In this document: piece after piece, positions 27,771 to 40,753 of the stretch | How positions within the stretch are numbered: the first letter of the stretch is position 1 | Layout of the letters: every line of letters starts with the position of its first letter | DNA from: Moniliella sp. 'wahieum' | Lineage: Eukaryota | Assembly (NCBI GenBank): GCA_003971905.1 | Contig: RSEE01000153.1 | Span: 62,001-117,565, forward strand | Direction of reading: 5' to 3' | Length of the DNA: 55,565 bases | Notes under the pieces: model-generated | Seen by the model: the letters and a program-made list of their open reading frames with translations, nothing else | Told to the model about the DNA's origin: nothing | Database searches by the model: none | Made by a program: the position numbers and the translations under genes

Positions 27771-28963
27771 GGAAGGCACACCAGCCCTCGCTCCCCGCAC
27801 GCCCGTGCCGGCCCACCGGACGCAGATGACTCGCATCGCGCGCAATTGATCGGGTCCAGCTCCGCTGCAGGCCCGGCCGGGTGGGGGACTAGATCCCGTT
27901 GGTATTTGGCCGCTAGCAAAGCACCAACTCACTAGTCATTCGTCCCAGGTCCCAGTCCCAGGTACCAGCTGCCAGCTCCGGCCCAGCCATAGTCCTCTTA
28001 GATTCGCAGGTGACAGCGTGCCCTTGCTGGGCCCAAGATCCAATTCCGCTGCTCCTTTGGATGCCTGGTGCGTTACGCGTTACGTACCACTTTGCGGGAG
28101 TGGAGTTCGGAGTCCTCGATTCGGTCTCAGTGCCCCGTACTCGGCACTCGGCACTCGGGACGCGGGCGCCCTCCGGAGCAGATGGCAGAGCGACCGTCTT
28201 GCTCATCGCGTCTACCTATCTACCCTCACCGGGCCCGCACGGCCCATCCGGTCCGCCTGCCCTCTACTACCTGCCTCCCCATGCCTCCCCCCATGCGCAC
28301 TGTGCGCACTTCACGTACTTCATCCGCTTCGTAGCTGCAAGAGCATCAAGCATCAAGCACCACAAACGTCAAACCTGGCGGCCCGGCCTAAGCCGCTTTT
28401 GCCGGTTACAGGCCATCTCACGTCCTATGCCCTCCCCTTCCACCCCCCTCCCCGCAAGGCATTGACAACCTGGATCTGAATTGAGGACCGAGCCACCTTG
28501 TGCCCCGCTCCGGCGTTACCGGGCCCGGCGGGGGCGGGGTACTTGTGCCCGTCCGTGGGTGCAAGCGTGAGTTTAAAGGCACGTTGGGCCCCAATCCACC
28601 AGCCACCCATGCCGCTCAACATGTTGGGCCAAGCAAGCCCAGCGCCAGTACAGGAATGGGTCGATGGCGACACAGGTAACGCGTATCTAGTCTCTATCAT
28701 TACTTCCTACCTCCGTTCCTTGCCTCACCCGCGTTTCCTCCAGCAGACAAGGCCGAAGCGGGATATAGAGAGCAACCGTGTGTGCTGCTACAACTCTCGC
28801 CGGCACTGCGCACAAGCCTTGTGGCCAACCCCCGAGGCGCGTGGATGGCTGGGGTACGAGTGACCATTACCGGGAGGGAGGGAGCAGGGGGGCACTTTTC
28901 AGGGACAGCTGGCTGCGACGCATGTGCGGCCAACCTGTCCCGGGGAAAGAGCGTCGGGCGCGT

Positions 28964-29960
28964 CTACGGGCTCTTGGCCGCGATAAACTCTTTGACATAG
29001 TCCGCGAGCGTGACCATGCAGATCTGAGCAGACAAAAACAAAAGGGAAAGGGTCAGGGGTCAGGACGAGCCAAGGCGGCAGGCAGCGCGACAGAGGGAAG
29101 AGGGAAGGGAAGAGGGAAGAGAGAAGGAGACGGACCGTTTGCCAAATGCCCAAGCAAATCCGGGCGTCACGCCGCGGTACAGACCGAGGATACCGTTTTG
29201 GCTGTAAATGTACTTGGCCGTGCTAGCGATGGTCATGTTGCTCGGGCGGTTGGCGTCCTTGGCCATCGACTGCATCTCTACCCGAATCACCTCGATCGGC
29301 TGGTTCCACGTGGCCAGCGTGCCCCAATCGACGAGCAGGCAATCCGCTCCACGGCCGTCAACTTGTCATTGGGCCCTTGCCCGACAAGGAGCGTACGGGA
29401 GCTTCGGCCAGACGGGCAAAGCCCATGCGGCTGCCCCGTTGGTCATCTGGCGGAAGGCGACCGCGTTGACACCCTTGTTGATACCCCGGATGCCCTCGCG
29501 GCGGTAAATGTCGGCAAAGAGCGCCCAGGTCGAGGCGGTGGGCGCTCCGGCAGCAGCCTGCTTGCTGCGCGTAATCTCGGCCGTCTTCATGCTGGTGGTG
29601 AAGCCCATGGTGGCATACGCCTGCGCCACACCGCCGCCCATGCCGAGCAAGCCGGCCCAGGCGGGCGCCAGGCCAGCCAGCGCGACGCGGTTCAATCCCG
29701 GACGAGTCCAGATCAGCACGGCGCCCTTGGTCGACGCTTCGATCCAGGCCCAGGGAATCAGGCCCTGGTAGAAGCCGAACACGCCGCCGCGCGACCACAC
29801 CGTCTTGAGCGCCTGGGCCATCGACTGGGACCGGTTCGAGGCCATCTGGGTCTTGATCACTTCGAACGGCTGGCCCAGCGTGGTGACCTCGAACATGTTC
29901 ATTGTTGCGCCGACGGCGACATTGGACCGGAGAAGGCCCGCCTTGCTGGGGGGGAGCCAT
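28964..29960 (-). CDS. YHM2: Mitochondrial citrate/oxoglutarate carrier; intron ~29024-29135; apparent indels
   Basis: [92 protein letters not shown]. Confidence 0.9.
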
Positions 29961-30279
29961 GGTGGGGGAGGGATGGGAGAAGGGGAGATGAGATGGGATG
30001 GAGGTGGAGATGGAGCAACGCAGAGGTGAAAGGCCCGCGCGCTGCCCGAGTCGCTGCGGCCAGGGGGCTGGGCTGGCGTGGCACGGGCCGGGTGGGCCGG
30101 GTGGGCCGAGCAGGGGCCTGGCGAGGCGGCGCACGCACACTGGCGCTGTGCCGCCCCTCGGGCTGCGGGGCAGCTGGGGGTGCGATCTGAGATAGTCGAT
30201 AGCCGGCAGAACCGGCTGGGGCAGGCACTACATACACGTTTCATTTTCCCAGGCTGCCCTGGCAGGACGCATTTAATTG

Positions 30280-33200
30280 CTACGCCCCGCCGCCCTCCGC
30301 CTCCTCCTCCTCCTCGTCCTGCCCGCCGTCGTCGGCAAACGGGCGGCACGCATTGCTGTCCTGCGCGCGCAGCAGCCCCGCCCACCTCGCTCTCGTCCTC
30401 CGCACCCGCATAGCCCGCCCCGTAGAACGACAGCAGCACCACACCGGCAGCAGCACCAGCCCGTGCACCACGCCCAGCTGGATCAGCGCCATCCACATCC
30501 TCGCATAGTACAGCTTGAGCAGCTCCGACTGGTAAACCACAGCACCGACAGCCCCACCAGCTTCGTCCCCGTGATGCCCGTGATCACCGCCGCGCCCACA
30601 TCCCCCACCCCGCTTGCACACGTGCGTCGCGCTCCTTCTGCGCCAGCGCCGCGTCGCTGCGGCCCGCCCCGCGCGCTCAGCTGCCCCGCCGCACGCATGA
30701 ATGCCTTGGCGACGTGCGCACAAAACTCGACCCCAATCGCCGCGCACACACTCAAGTTGACCAGCGTCAGCGCATTGAACTCGATCCCCGACCGGCCCAT
30801 CGCGCCCACCACGCCCAGCAGCGTCGATGCGACACACACCAATATCACCGCCCGCCGTGCGCCAACACCCAGCCACCACAAAGCTGATCCAAAGATGGCC
30901 ACCGCCGCCGAGCCCAGCACTGCACTGTCAACGAGCCCAGGTGCAGGTACTGGTCAAAGAACGGATGGAAGAGCGAGTAGGAAACAGCCGGACCCCCGAC
31001 CGCTCGCTCGTCGCCTTGGCAATCCGACGCTGCCTTGAGCGCATTGATAAAGTCGGCTTGCGACCGAACGCACGTGCGAGGTGCGGAAGTGGGGCATACA
31101 CGTTCAACTTGCGGTCTTCCCGGTCCGGTTTGCGGGCCGGTCCATACCCTCGGCGTCAGGTCCGCAGGGGCGCGGTCAGGCCCTGGTCCAACAGCGGTTC
31201 TTTGACGGTCAAGTTGCTGCGCTTGAGGCTGATGGCCGACGAGTAGGACGCGGCGCCAGCCAGGGGACACTCGGCGGTGGTGGGGCTGCTGAGCCAGTGG
31301 CGCAGGAACATCATAAACTCGTCCCCCTCGGGCAGGCCCTGGAGGGTAGTGTTGTACTCTCTTCCTTCAAAGCACGGCCGGCACGCAAACTCCGAGTCGC
31401 GCGCCGAACAAAACCGGCTCGGCTCATTGATCCGCACGCGGCAGCAGCTGTCAATGGCCGGGTTGAGCCATTGGAAAAAATCGTCAATCCAACTGGCCGC
31501 CGGCTCGATGAGGTAGGACGACTCGGGCCGCTTCCGCTCGCCTTCCAACGTGTTGGCCACCGAAAAGGGCGCACACGTCGTAAACCGAGCACACAGTTGG
31601 CGCTGCACATAACGGAACTTGGTATCCGCTCGCCACTCGACAAAGTAGACCGGCGGTCCGACATCGAGCCAGGTATCGACCGAATCAAAGTACTCGCGCA
31701 GGTACGAGGCCGGCGGAAGCGCCAGCCGCTGGTCGAGGCCCATGCTGATTCGGTGCGTGAGCATGATGGACTTGGCTCCCATCACGACAAACACGGCAAG
31801 CGCAATGCGCTTGACCGCAGGCCGAACAATAAAGGGGGCATACTTTTCTCGGATAAAGTGCGCCAGCCAACTTTCCTGGACCAGGTCCGTGTTGGAGCTC
31901 ACTGAGAGCGCTTCGAGCGAGCGGCGGGGAAGCGGCTTGCGCGCGTGCGCACAAGGCCAACAGTCCACCCGCCCGCTCTCGGTTCGGCGCGCATCCAGCG
32001 CAAGCGCAGCGACAAACACAGTGCAGTGCAACACGGCGGCAATCGCCATGCTGCCGGCGGCGTACAGGGTAAAGTTTCGCACCGCCGGCATCGGCACCAG
32101 TGCGCCCAACAAGAATGCGCTCACTTGGATCGACACACTCAACACGATCGACGGTCCAATGCGTGCCAAGGCTCGTGCCGCCCTTTCCTCAGCCGAGAGA
32201 TGGTAGGCCGGCATGGGCTCCGCAGGTGCGTACCCCGACTGCGTCGCATCCGCCTCATTCTCCCCCCCCAACTGGCACGCATTCTTCCTCGTCCCGCACC
32301 GTGTCATAGTACGGGTTGCTAGTACTGGCCAATGTGTTTTGGCGGTCCATCTCGTTGCTGAGAAGGAAAATGTTGTCGACGCCGACGGCAAGCACGAGAA
32401 AGGGGATTACTTCGGCAATCACCAGCGTCACCTGCACCCCCAGCGCCGACCAGATTCCCACCGCCGACGAAATCGCAACCAGCACGATCAAGATGCCAAA
32501 CAGACCCAGCATCACCTTGGAACGAACAAAGAAACTGGCCACAAGCCGAGCCCGCGCATCTGCTCTGCATCCTGCCCGTCTAGCGCATCGTCCGTGAGAC
32601 GAATGCCGCCCGGGCGACAGGATACCGCCGCCTTGACGTCACCCCACCAGGTCGTGCGCACCATCTGGCCCGCTGCATCCACCGTGTGCGCGGGCACGTA
32701 CCCGCCCCAAGGCGAACGAGGCGTACAAAAGCATCAAAACGTAACTCAGTGCTACGATGCCCGTGTCGGTGTTGGTGCTAGAGGAGATCTCCTCCTCGAG
32801 GCTGACACCCGTGCTAAAAGAGACGTGCAAGCCCAGCTGCTCGGCGCGCCGAGCCAAGGGATGGCGCTGGGTGTCGTTGGGCACATTGCCCGACAAGTCG
32901 AGCAGAAACGCCTGCAATGCACGTTCCCACGTTTCGGCGCGGTGGAGCGTGGTCTGGTTGAGACTGTTGGCCACGACCCAGGTGCCAACCAACGCGCGCG
33001 CTTCCGATGGCGGCGCTTCGATGGGAATGCCGCCCAGAACCAGATTGGGTTTGAGTGGCTGGCCAAACGCGGGCAAGCACTCGGCCGGGTGCGAGGCGCA
33101 CTGGTTGAGCATGTGGGGCCAGTTGTGCTTGGTCACGCCCGATCGGGCGAGGTCGTCGGAAAAGTAGCCCAGGATGCTTTGTACCACACACGCCCTCCCG

Positions 33201-34822
33201 CTCCACTCGGCGCAAAACACACTTGCTCCCACCTCGTCCCGTTCGGCCCGGCCCGCAGCGCCCGGATCTCCGCCTCGACGTCGGCCCACCACTGCAGCCG
33301 CTCCCAGGTCAGCACGCGCGGCAAGTCTTCGATCGCATTGTCATGCTCCAGCGGGTCGGTGTGGCGGTAAAATCCGGCGGCGGCCTGGTCAGTGACAAAC
33401 AGTTGCTCCGTCTTGTAAAACGGACCAAAGTGGGCATCAAAAAAGTCCTTTTCATTCTTGGCTGTCGTGGGCGCGACCCAAAGCCGGACCGGGTCCGTCT
33501 CGACGCGGAACTGCAGCCAGCCCAGGTTGGCCACCGCGAGCAAGACGCACGCCACCGCCATGGTCGACCATGGGTGGCTCGCCGACACGAGACCGACGGT
33601 GTACATGGCACGCGTGAGCCAGCGTTGAATCGCATACGACCGCGGCTGCTGCGAAGGAAGCGGGTTCAACCACGCGCCCGCTTCGGACCGCTCAAGACCG
33701 CTCGATCGCCCCGGCTTCGTCGGAGTCAAGCGCACTGGAGCAAGAGTCTTCCGCCTCGTCCCGGCTCAAAGGAGGAGGAGGCAGCTCGGGCCCGCTGCTG
33801 CTCGGGGTCACACTGCGGTCGCGCTCGCGCTCGCTTCGTACCACAGACTGGTAGCGCGCGTGCCCGACCGTGTCCAGCGGAACCCAGCCCAGAAGAGAAA
33901 GAGAAGGAAAAAGTACACGATCGTCACTGCCAACTGGGTGCAAGGCCAGGCAAACAACTTGCACTCTTGCTCTTCCGAAGGAGCCGGCACGTCCGGGAGC
34001 GAGGTGCATACATCGGGGCAGTCCACACAGGCACAACGCGAGCCCAAATCTCCACTGGAACAGTTGCGCGCTGGGGGGTCAAACGGCGAGGGGGGCGCGT
34101 GCCAAGGCTGTGGTCAAGTTGAACGCCGAGCCAAGTTGCTGTGCGTGATGCGGAAAGTCGATTTGGAAGGGGGACCCGAGTAGCGGTCGTTCCTGCCCCA
34201 TGTACGCGAGAAACTCATCGGCACTGCGTGCGCCGCCGCCAATCAGGTCCATGGCAAACCCATTCGTCGCGCCAAACTGCACGTTCTTGCACGACTCGTA
34301 AAAGCCCTGACGGAACTGGTCCGAGACAAAATAGTTGACCCGCTTCACCGCGTCCCGGCCCTCGATCGCCTGCGTCTCGGCGACAGTCAGAAACTGGCCC
34401 TGCGAGGGGGAACAGGTAAAGGCGCACCAAAATTGACGAAAGTTGTTGCTGCAGGCCGGACAGGACGAAATGAGAGGCGAAGCTTGCTCCAGGTTGCCCG
34501 CCAGGATCTCCGCCTGGCCCTGCTCACAGCAAACGGGGCCCGAGGCAAACTCGGCGCCCACACGTCCACCAACAGCGAGCGCAGTGCACTGTCGGGCTGG
34601 CCAGACGGCGTAGGCACGACACGGTCCCCTCAGTCAGCGCGACGAACCTCACATCAAGAAGGGGGGAAACAAACGAGAAATACATACCTCTTCGGCCGCA
34701 ACCTGGTCCACCGCACACGGAAGCTCGGGGGCAAACAAACTCGTCTTGCCGCACAGTCCCTTCATGGCGCATGTGCCCGGCGGTCGCTGCTGCGCAGCAA
34801 CGGGGCGAGATGGGAGGGTCAT
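30280..34822 (-). CDS. NCR1: Niemann-Pick C1-like sterol transporter; several short introns and many indels; the start may lie slightly upstream
   Basis: Cys-rich N-domain ([34 protein letters not shown]), [20 protein letters not shown], sterol-sensing domain ([29 protein letters not shown]), [25 protein letters not shown]. Confidence 0.93.
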
Positions 34823-35156
34823 CGCGGCCGCAACGTAGACTCCCAGTAGGGTGAGGCGTGGGTGCGTCAGGCGTCAGGAGCGAGGAGGCGGCAGGGATGG
34901 GGGTGGCGGGGATGAGGGTGAGGGGGGCCGCAACGCAGAGATCTGTCTGGTGCGCCCAAACACACACGCCCGACGTTCCCTGAACGTTCGCCTGACTGTG
35001 GCAGATGATCGATGACTTATGGCAGCGCCTGGAGTGTCGATGAGCGCAGCAACCAAAACCCCTGATTATCCACTTGAAACATTCACTTGCACCCCCACCT
35101 GGCCCGTGCACCCGTGCCTTCGCAACCACCGGGATGGGTCTGCTGGTGCTGCCGCT

Positions 35157-35187
35157 TGCCGTCTGCCGTCTGCCGTCTGCCGTCTGC
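35157..35187 (+). repeat. (TGCCGTC)n 7-bp microsatellite
   Basis: About 4 tandem units upstream of NCR1. Confidence 0.8.
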
Positions 35188-35361
35188 TGTCTGCCGCTGG
35201 CGCTGTGTCTTCTGTCTGCCTTTCCTCCTCTGTCCCCACGGTGGCGTGGCAGCGCGACGGCCGTGCCGATGCATTTGTGTGACATGTGATGACGGTTCCG
35301 CCTCGCGGGTGCGCATGTGCATGATCCACGAATGGACGCAGTCCATGTTACATGTTACACG

Positions 35362-36223
35362 TTACAGCCCCAGCGTCTGGAGGCGCTGGATGCCCTGCGT
35401 CTCGAGGCGCATTTGGCGCAACTCCTCCATGCGCGTCGCGCCCAGCACTTTTTCGTAAAACGCCAGCGGGCGCATTCCACGTCAGCACCGACCATTCCAC
35501 CCGCTGGCAGTCCTTGGCCTCGGCAATCTTGCCCAGCTGCCGGAACAGCGTCTTGCCCACCCCCAGGTCTGACCACAACGATACAGACAAATCCAGAACC
35601 AAAACCAAAACACAACACAGACACACACACACGAGGTCAGGAGCGGCTCGCCAACCACACACGTCGTAGGAAGAGCAGAGGGGAGGAAGCAGACGTACTG
35701 CGCTCGCTTTCAGCGACATAAAGGTCCTCCAGGTACAGGCTTGGCTTGCCCGTCCAGGTAGAGAAGGTGAAGAAGTACTGCAGCAAAGGGTCAGTTGGCT
35801 GGATTCCGAGCTGAGGACAGGGCCGAGGTCACACTCCACAGTCCACAGGCTACGGGCCACGGGCGACAAATCCAACGTACCAGCGCCATGCCCACGGGCT
35901 TGCCCTCGTGCTCGGCCAAGATGACATGCGCGTATTCCTTGTCAAACACGTTGGTCTGGATGAGTTCGGGGTGGCCTTGGCCGCGTCGGGCTCCTTTTCG
36001 TAGATTGCCAGGTCTTTGATCTGGCCAAGCCACGACCAGGCAAAAACAAGAGAAGACAAGATAAGGAAGGCCACAGGGGGTTGGGTGGTTAGCAACAGGC
36101 GTAGGACACGGCCCACGTGCGCAGAGGGGGGGCACGACGCACAAAGCCAAGGATGGTGGGGATGTCGGCTGGTGTGGCCTCACGGACCGACACGGTGCGG
36201 GTGGGCTTGGTGGCAGCTGACAT
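35362..36223 (-). CDS. GNAT acetyltransferase, diamine/spermidine N-acetyltransferase (SSAT/Ats1)-like; 3 introns
   Basis: VREATPADIPTILGF|IKDLAIYEKEP..GKPVGMAL|YFFTFSTWTGKPSLYLEDLYV|LGVGKTLFRQLGKIA..CQRVEWSVLTWN. Confidence 0.88.
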
Positions 36224-36646
36224 GCGGTCGGTAGTTGGGTAGGCGGGAGGGAGAGGCGGCGGAGGTGGAGACAACAAGCTCTAGTCGCTCGACTGGCGGC
36301 GCCAGCTTATTTCAACCCGCGTTCCGCCCTGCGCCCCGATTGGTGACCGGTGACCATTCCATTAACATGGGCCGTTCGGGCGCAGTTGCACAGTTTTTCT
36401 CCGCTGGGGTTTTCTCCGCCGTATGGCACGACAGACAGCGACCGAGCACGTTCTTTCGACGCCTTTTCCTCTCCCTTCCGCGTCCTTCGACTTGCTCCCC
36501 CCCCCACCAGTTTCCTTGTCATCCGGGCAAGAGACACCGCATAGGCCTGGATTCAGCGCTCAGCCTCCTTCTTTGGGGATGACGAGCAGGTGTCTGGGTT
36601 CGTTTGATTATAAGCCGTGGGATTAGGCTAAAGCGCGAACACGGCT

Positions 36647-36672
36647 CCACGGGCGGGTGTGAAAAATTAAAA
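36647..36672 (+). repeat. Left terminal inverted repeat CCACGGGCGGGTGTGAAAAATTAAAA
   Basis: Reverse complement of 45851-45876 with one mismatch. Confidence 0.93.
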
Positions 36673-36734
36673 TTTCGCTTAGATGACCACATCACCCAAA
36701 AATGAGTAAATTTTTCCGAATATTACCTTCGGCA

Positions 36735-37032
36735 CTTTGGCCACATGAGGTCAAGCGCTTTGGCCCAAGAGGTCAAGCGCTTTGGCCACATGAGATCAAG
36801 CGCTTTGGCCACATGCGTTCAAGCGCTTTGGCCACATGAGATCAAGCGCTTTGGCCACATGCGTTCAAGCGCTTTGGCCACATGCGTTCAAGCGCTTTGG
36901 CCACATGAGATCAAGCGCTTTGGCCACATGCGCTCAATGGCTTTGGCCACATGCGCTCGAGCGCTTTGGCCACATGCGCTCAATGGCTTTGGCCACATGC
37001 GCTCAAGCGCTTTGGCCACATGCGCTCAAACG
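36735..37032 (+). repeat. Subterminal tandem array, 13 units of 23 bp (one of 22 bp), consensus CTTTGGCCACATG(C/A)G(C/T/A)TCAAGCG
   Basis: Units counted directly; head-to-tail with no spacers; starts 62 bp inside the left TIR. Confidence 0.95.
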
Positions 37033-38865
37033 CTTAGCTGTTGATTGGATGCGTGCTTGTAGGCTTTCTAACCGGCTGGTTGGATGGGGCTGGCATCGAT
37101 CCAGAACTACTAGATTTTAGGCAGGGTAGGTATTTCTTAGGTATAGAATGCATTCGAAGATCGCTGGGAAGCGATGACACGGCAACCACGGTTAGGTGTG
37201 ACGTCAGACGGAAGCACCACAACATAGTAGAGCAGTGAGCGGTACAGAAAGTGGCAGGTTAGTATGAGGGGAGCGCGACTAGGGAGACGCTGGCCAAGTC
37301 AGCAGCAGCATGGGGTTAGCGAGAGACACAGAAAATGTGCGACGGACTCACAGGTCAGGCGATCAAGAGGGCCAGTAGCGAGGTCAAGCGGGATGAAGGC
37401 GGAATGTACACTGGTAGGGCGAACAAGGTTAGGAACAGCGTTGGCATATAACAGAGAAGGGACGTACGACGGCGAAAAAGGTCAGATGAGTCGAGGCGAA
37501 CAAGACGAGACGAACCAACCGTGGGATTCCGTGCATGCAGAGCAGCGGTAGATAGTGTCAGTGGCAGGACAACTCCAAGCGCGAAGTACGGGGGACATAC
37601 GATGGCAAGGCAGGCCAGCCAAGCGAGAGGACCTCAGGCGAGGCAAAATGGAACCAGACGGACAAGGCCGAAGGTGAGCGAAACGGTGCATGCACATCAC
37701 GCATGCTACCCACAAGGTCAGCAGAAGTGTGGGGAATGCGAAGGAAGCGGGCACGTACGATGGCGCTGCGGATCAGGTGAAACGAGGGCAAGATGGCCAC
37801 CGAGGGGGTGTCTGTGTAGGCGGGGTCAGCAACAGAGCGCTGGTGGGCAAGAGAACACATACGACAAAAGCAATGCAGACAGTGAGAGGGGGCCGGGGCG
37901 AGAGGCAGAGGGGGCGTTCACCAGCGATACTGACGAGGCGAGGAGGACGGAGTGTGGCGGGAGAGGGAATGGAGACGTACGGCAGCAATGCAGACCAGGC
38001 GCGGAGAACCGAGCGATGGGGACGGGACTAGCAAGGCGGGCAGTAAGCAGTGCAGGCAACAACGATGGTGATGTTAGTGGCCAGGGGAAGAAGATGGTGC
38101 TGTTGCGCCGTGGCACAGCAGAGCACTCTGAGATGTGTTGGCTGCAGAGATGGGATACTGGTTGCTGCGGGCGCAATGAGAGGGGCGGTGGTGAGGAGAC
38201 AGGATGCAACCACAGAGGAGCAGGAGGTTAAAAGGAGGCGCGTGTGGCGCAGCCACATTCTGTGCGCACAGACCAATCTGGACCACGCCAGGGGCCTAGG
38301 TAAGCTATTATATCTGTCTATTAACGCCACAACACTAGCGGCCCCCTGCAGCAGTGTTCAAGGGTCTAATCATCAATCAAGCTTCAAGAGCGCTCTCTTG
38401 AGTTTGCCGATTTGCGACTTGCTGTAGTACTAGTTGTCTCTGTTGCGACGGTGACTGGTTACTGGCTTCGCCGAACGCGACGCACTTGCAGCTTCTCTAG
38501 CCCCGAGGCTCCGCGGGCTCCGAAGACTGCTGATGCGCGCGTACCCGCGTAAGCCAACGACGAATAGCCTTGTCCAGTATAGCCCTCTCGTCCTGCTTCC
38601 TACCACCAACGCCTATCTCTCGCCCGCAATCGATCGTTTACGCTACTGTCCCAAACGCTTCAGCATTCATTGCGGTCTCCATAGCCGGGTGAATCGCTAT
38701 ACAGGTCACGATTATCCTCACTTGATCCATACTAGTGGCCTACGGTGTTACATCAAGCTTCAAGTGAATGGGCACCACATGACTTCTTATGTTCACGCAC
38801 GATGCACCAAAGTCCTTGCGCAGGCCGAATGAATGGTCAGTGCTATATCACTGGGAGGAGCTCCT

Positions 38866-40277
38866 CTAAGTCTTCGGAACTGCGTTCAGGTCCGGGAGCA
38901 GCATCGAGCAATGCGGATACACGTCCGCCGGGCCGCCTGCAACGTTTAGCTGACTCTGCAGCGTGTTCACATATGTGGTGGCATCTGGTGGTGTGTTCGA
39001 AGACAAGTTGTTAAACTCTTTTTCCACCCTCGTCCACTGGGCCTGGGCTGTTCGCTCAGTAGTGTCGCTGCCGTTCTGCGTGAAAACCTGAAGGCGCGCC
39101 ATGGCAATATGGACAAGGGCAAATTTTTTCACAGCGCACGCTGGAAACCGCTTGAGATGAGCCGGGAGCGTGTTGCGCATGTTGCCCAACTTCCCCCAGG
39201 TCTCACGAATGTAGCCGTCCAGGTTGAACACCGTCCTGTCGGCCTGCGTTGGATGAGGGCCTTGATGGCGGTACTGGAAATGGGTTAGGAGGGGTTAGCT
39301 GCAATCCTGGACACATAATGAGAGATTATGCGCACTCGATGCAGTAAATCATGCCGCAGAGTATTCCAATGAGGAGTCAGGACCTTCTTGAGCTCATGGA
39401 GAAAGTCGTCCATACGTCCTCTCCAAGCGAGGTCAAGAGGTATGCACAGGAGTTGCCGCTCGCGCGGTTGCCGTAGCAAGTGGGACACGCGCGACCACAG
39501 GTGGGCATTGCTAGTAATGGACGCATTCGGGGCGCACCACACGATGATCGCAAGGGCAGCAACCCACGTCTGCAGGCATTGAAGTTAGTCCTATAATAAC
39601 CAATGAAGAATATGAGGCGAGCATACCTTGTTTGCATCCAAGAACGACCGGTAACCCTGGGGGCTCGCATTGGCAGACGCCATCAAGTTCTGATAATGAG
39701 TCTCCATTCTAGTCTCGATGCGTTCCATACGATCGTTCATGTGGTTGACAGCCCCTACGAGCATACGCAACGTCGTCACAATCTGGTCGGTATTAGACCC
39801 TTCCTGTAAATCTCCCTCGTTGAAGAGGGAAGGGACGGCTGGAAATGATCCTTCCCGTTGGGCCCTGGGCATCGTATCATCGCCGTTGTCGAGCAAAGTG
39901 TCGATAGTTGGAAACATCTCGCCGAAAGTGCTCATCGCGCTGTTCCCATCGTTTTCGGTATCAGGAGCCGGAGTTTCCCCCTCCGTTACGGCCTCCTGGG
40001 TCATATCATCATCCACGTCGATGTTTCCTGTGGTGGTCATGTCCAAGGCATTGTTTGCATCCTCGCCATGGTACTGGGCTTGGGTTAGAATAACATTATT
40101 CTCAGAGGGAGCTGTCCCTTGCTGCGACAGTGTTGTCGGCCGCGCCTGGCGTGTCGCCCTCGCAGCAGAAAGCGCTGATCCAGGACGGACAGAAGGTGTG
40201 CCCGCCCCTGCCAACGAGGTGCGGCGCCGGAGAGGAATCCGACTGGGGGTTCCTCTTCTGACAATTGGAGGGGCCAT
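38866..40277 (-). CDS. Transposon accessory protein, ~430 aa; exons 40277-39627, 39569-39336, 39273-38866
   Basis: Two GT-AG introns with CTAAC branch sites join the exons in frame; disordered acidic N-terminus, short coiled coil, helical C-domain with IAMARLQ..QWTRVEKEF. Confidence 0.75.
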
Positions 40278-40587
40278 TGTCGGTACAGTTGGTAAGCTGT
40301 ATAAGCACAACGGTGTTGGTTGGGAAGGAAGTTGTAATGCGCTTATACACAAGGAGGACCACCGGGCCTACGGCCCGTCAGCTGGGGCTCTGGGGCTTCG
40401 CTCCAGCTTGATGCTGCGTCGCCACCTTAGCACCTTTTCCACTTCGCCACCGTAGCCACCGTTCCACGGTCGCCAACACCGACATAGAGAAATAATATAA
40501 CCGATGCTTGCTGGCTGCAGGGGGCGTGGAAGGTGGCACGGGGCAGCTGATGTTAAAAGTGCACAGGGCGAATCGAGGGATAATATA

Positions 40588-40753
40588 GGACCGGATGGTG
40601 AGAACCGGAGGGTCCTGATATCCTGGCGATCCCTCTGGTTCCTTAACCTTGGTGGCGCATCCAACAAGCAACCCCCGCAAGATGAACGGTTATTAGGTTT
40701 AGACGCAGGGTTCCCCCTGTCCCAGCCTTACGCTCTGTCAATGAAATAGACGC
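40588..40753 (+). mobile_element. 3'-UTR fragment of the CRE-like element nested in the DNA transposon
   Basis: Matches the reverse complement of 8651-8810 (CTGATATCCTGGCGATCCC.CTGGTTCCTTAACCTTGGTGGCGC; TTCCCCCTGTCCCAGC; GCTCTGTCAATGA). Confidence 0.82.

Noticed and set aside
36735..37032. CRISPR-like array
   Set aside because: Units are contiguous with only 1-4 variable bases and no unique spacers; there are no cas genes and the context is eukaryotic.
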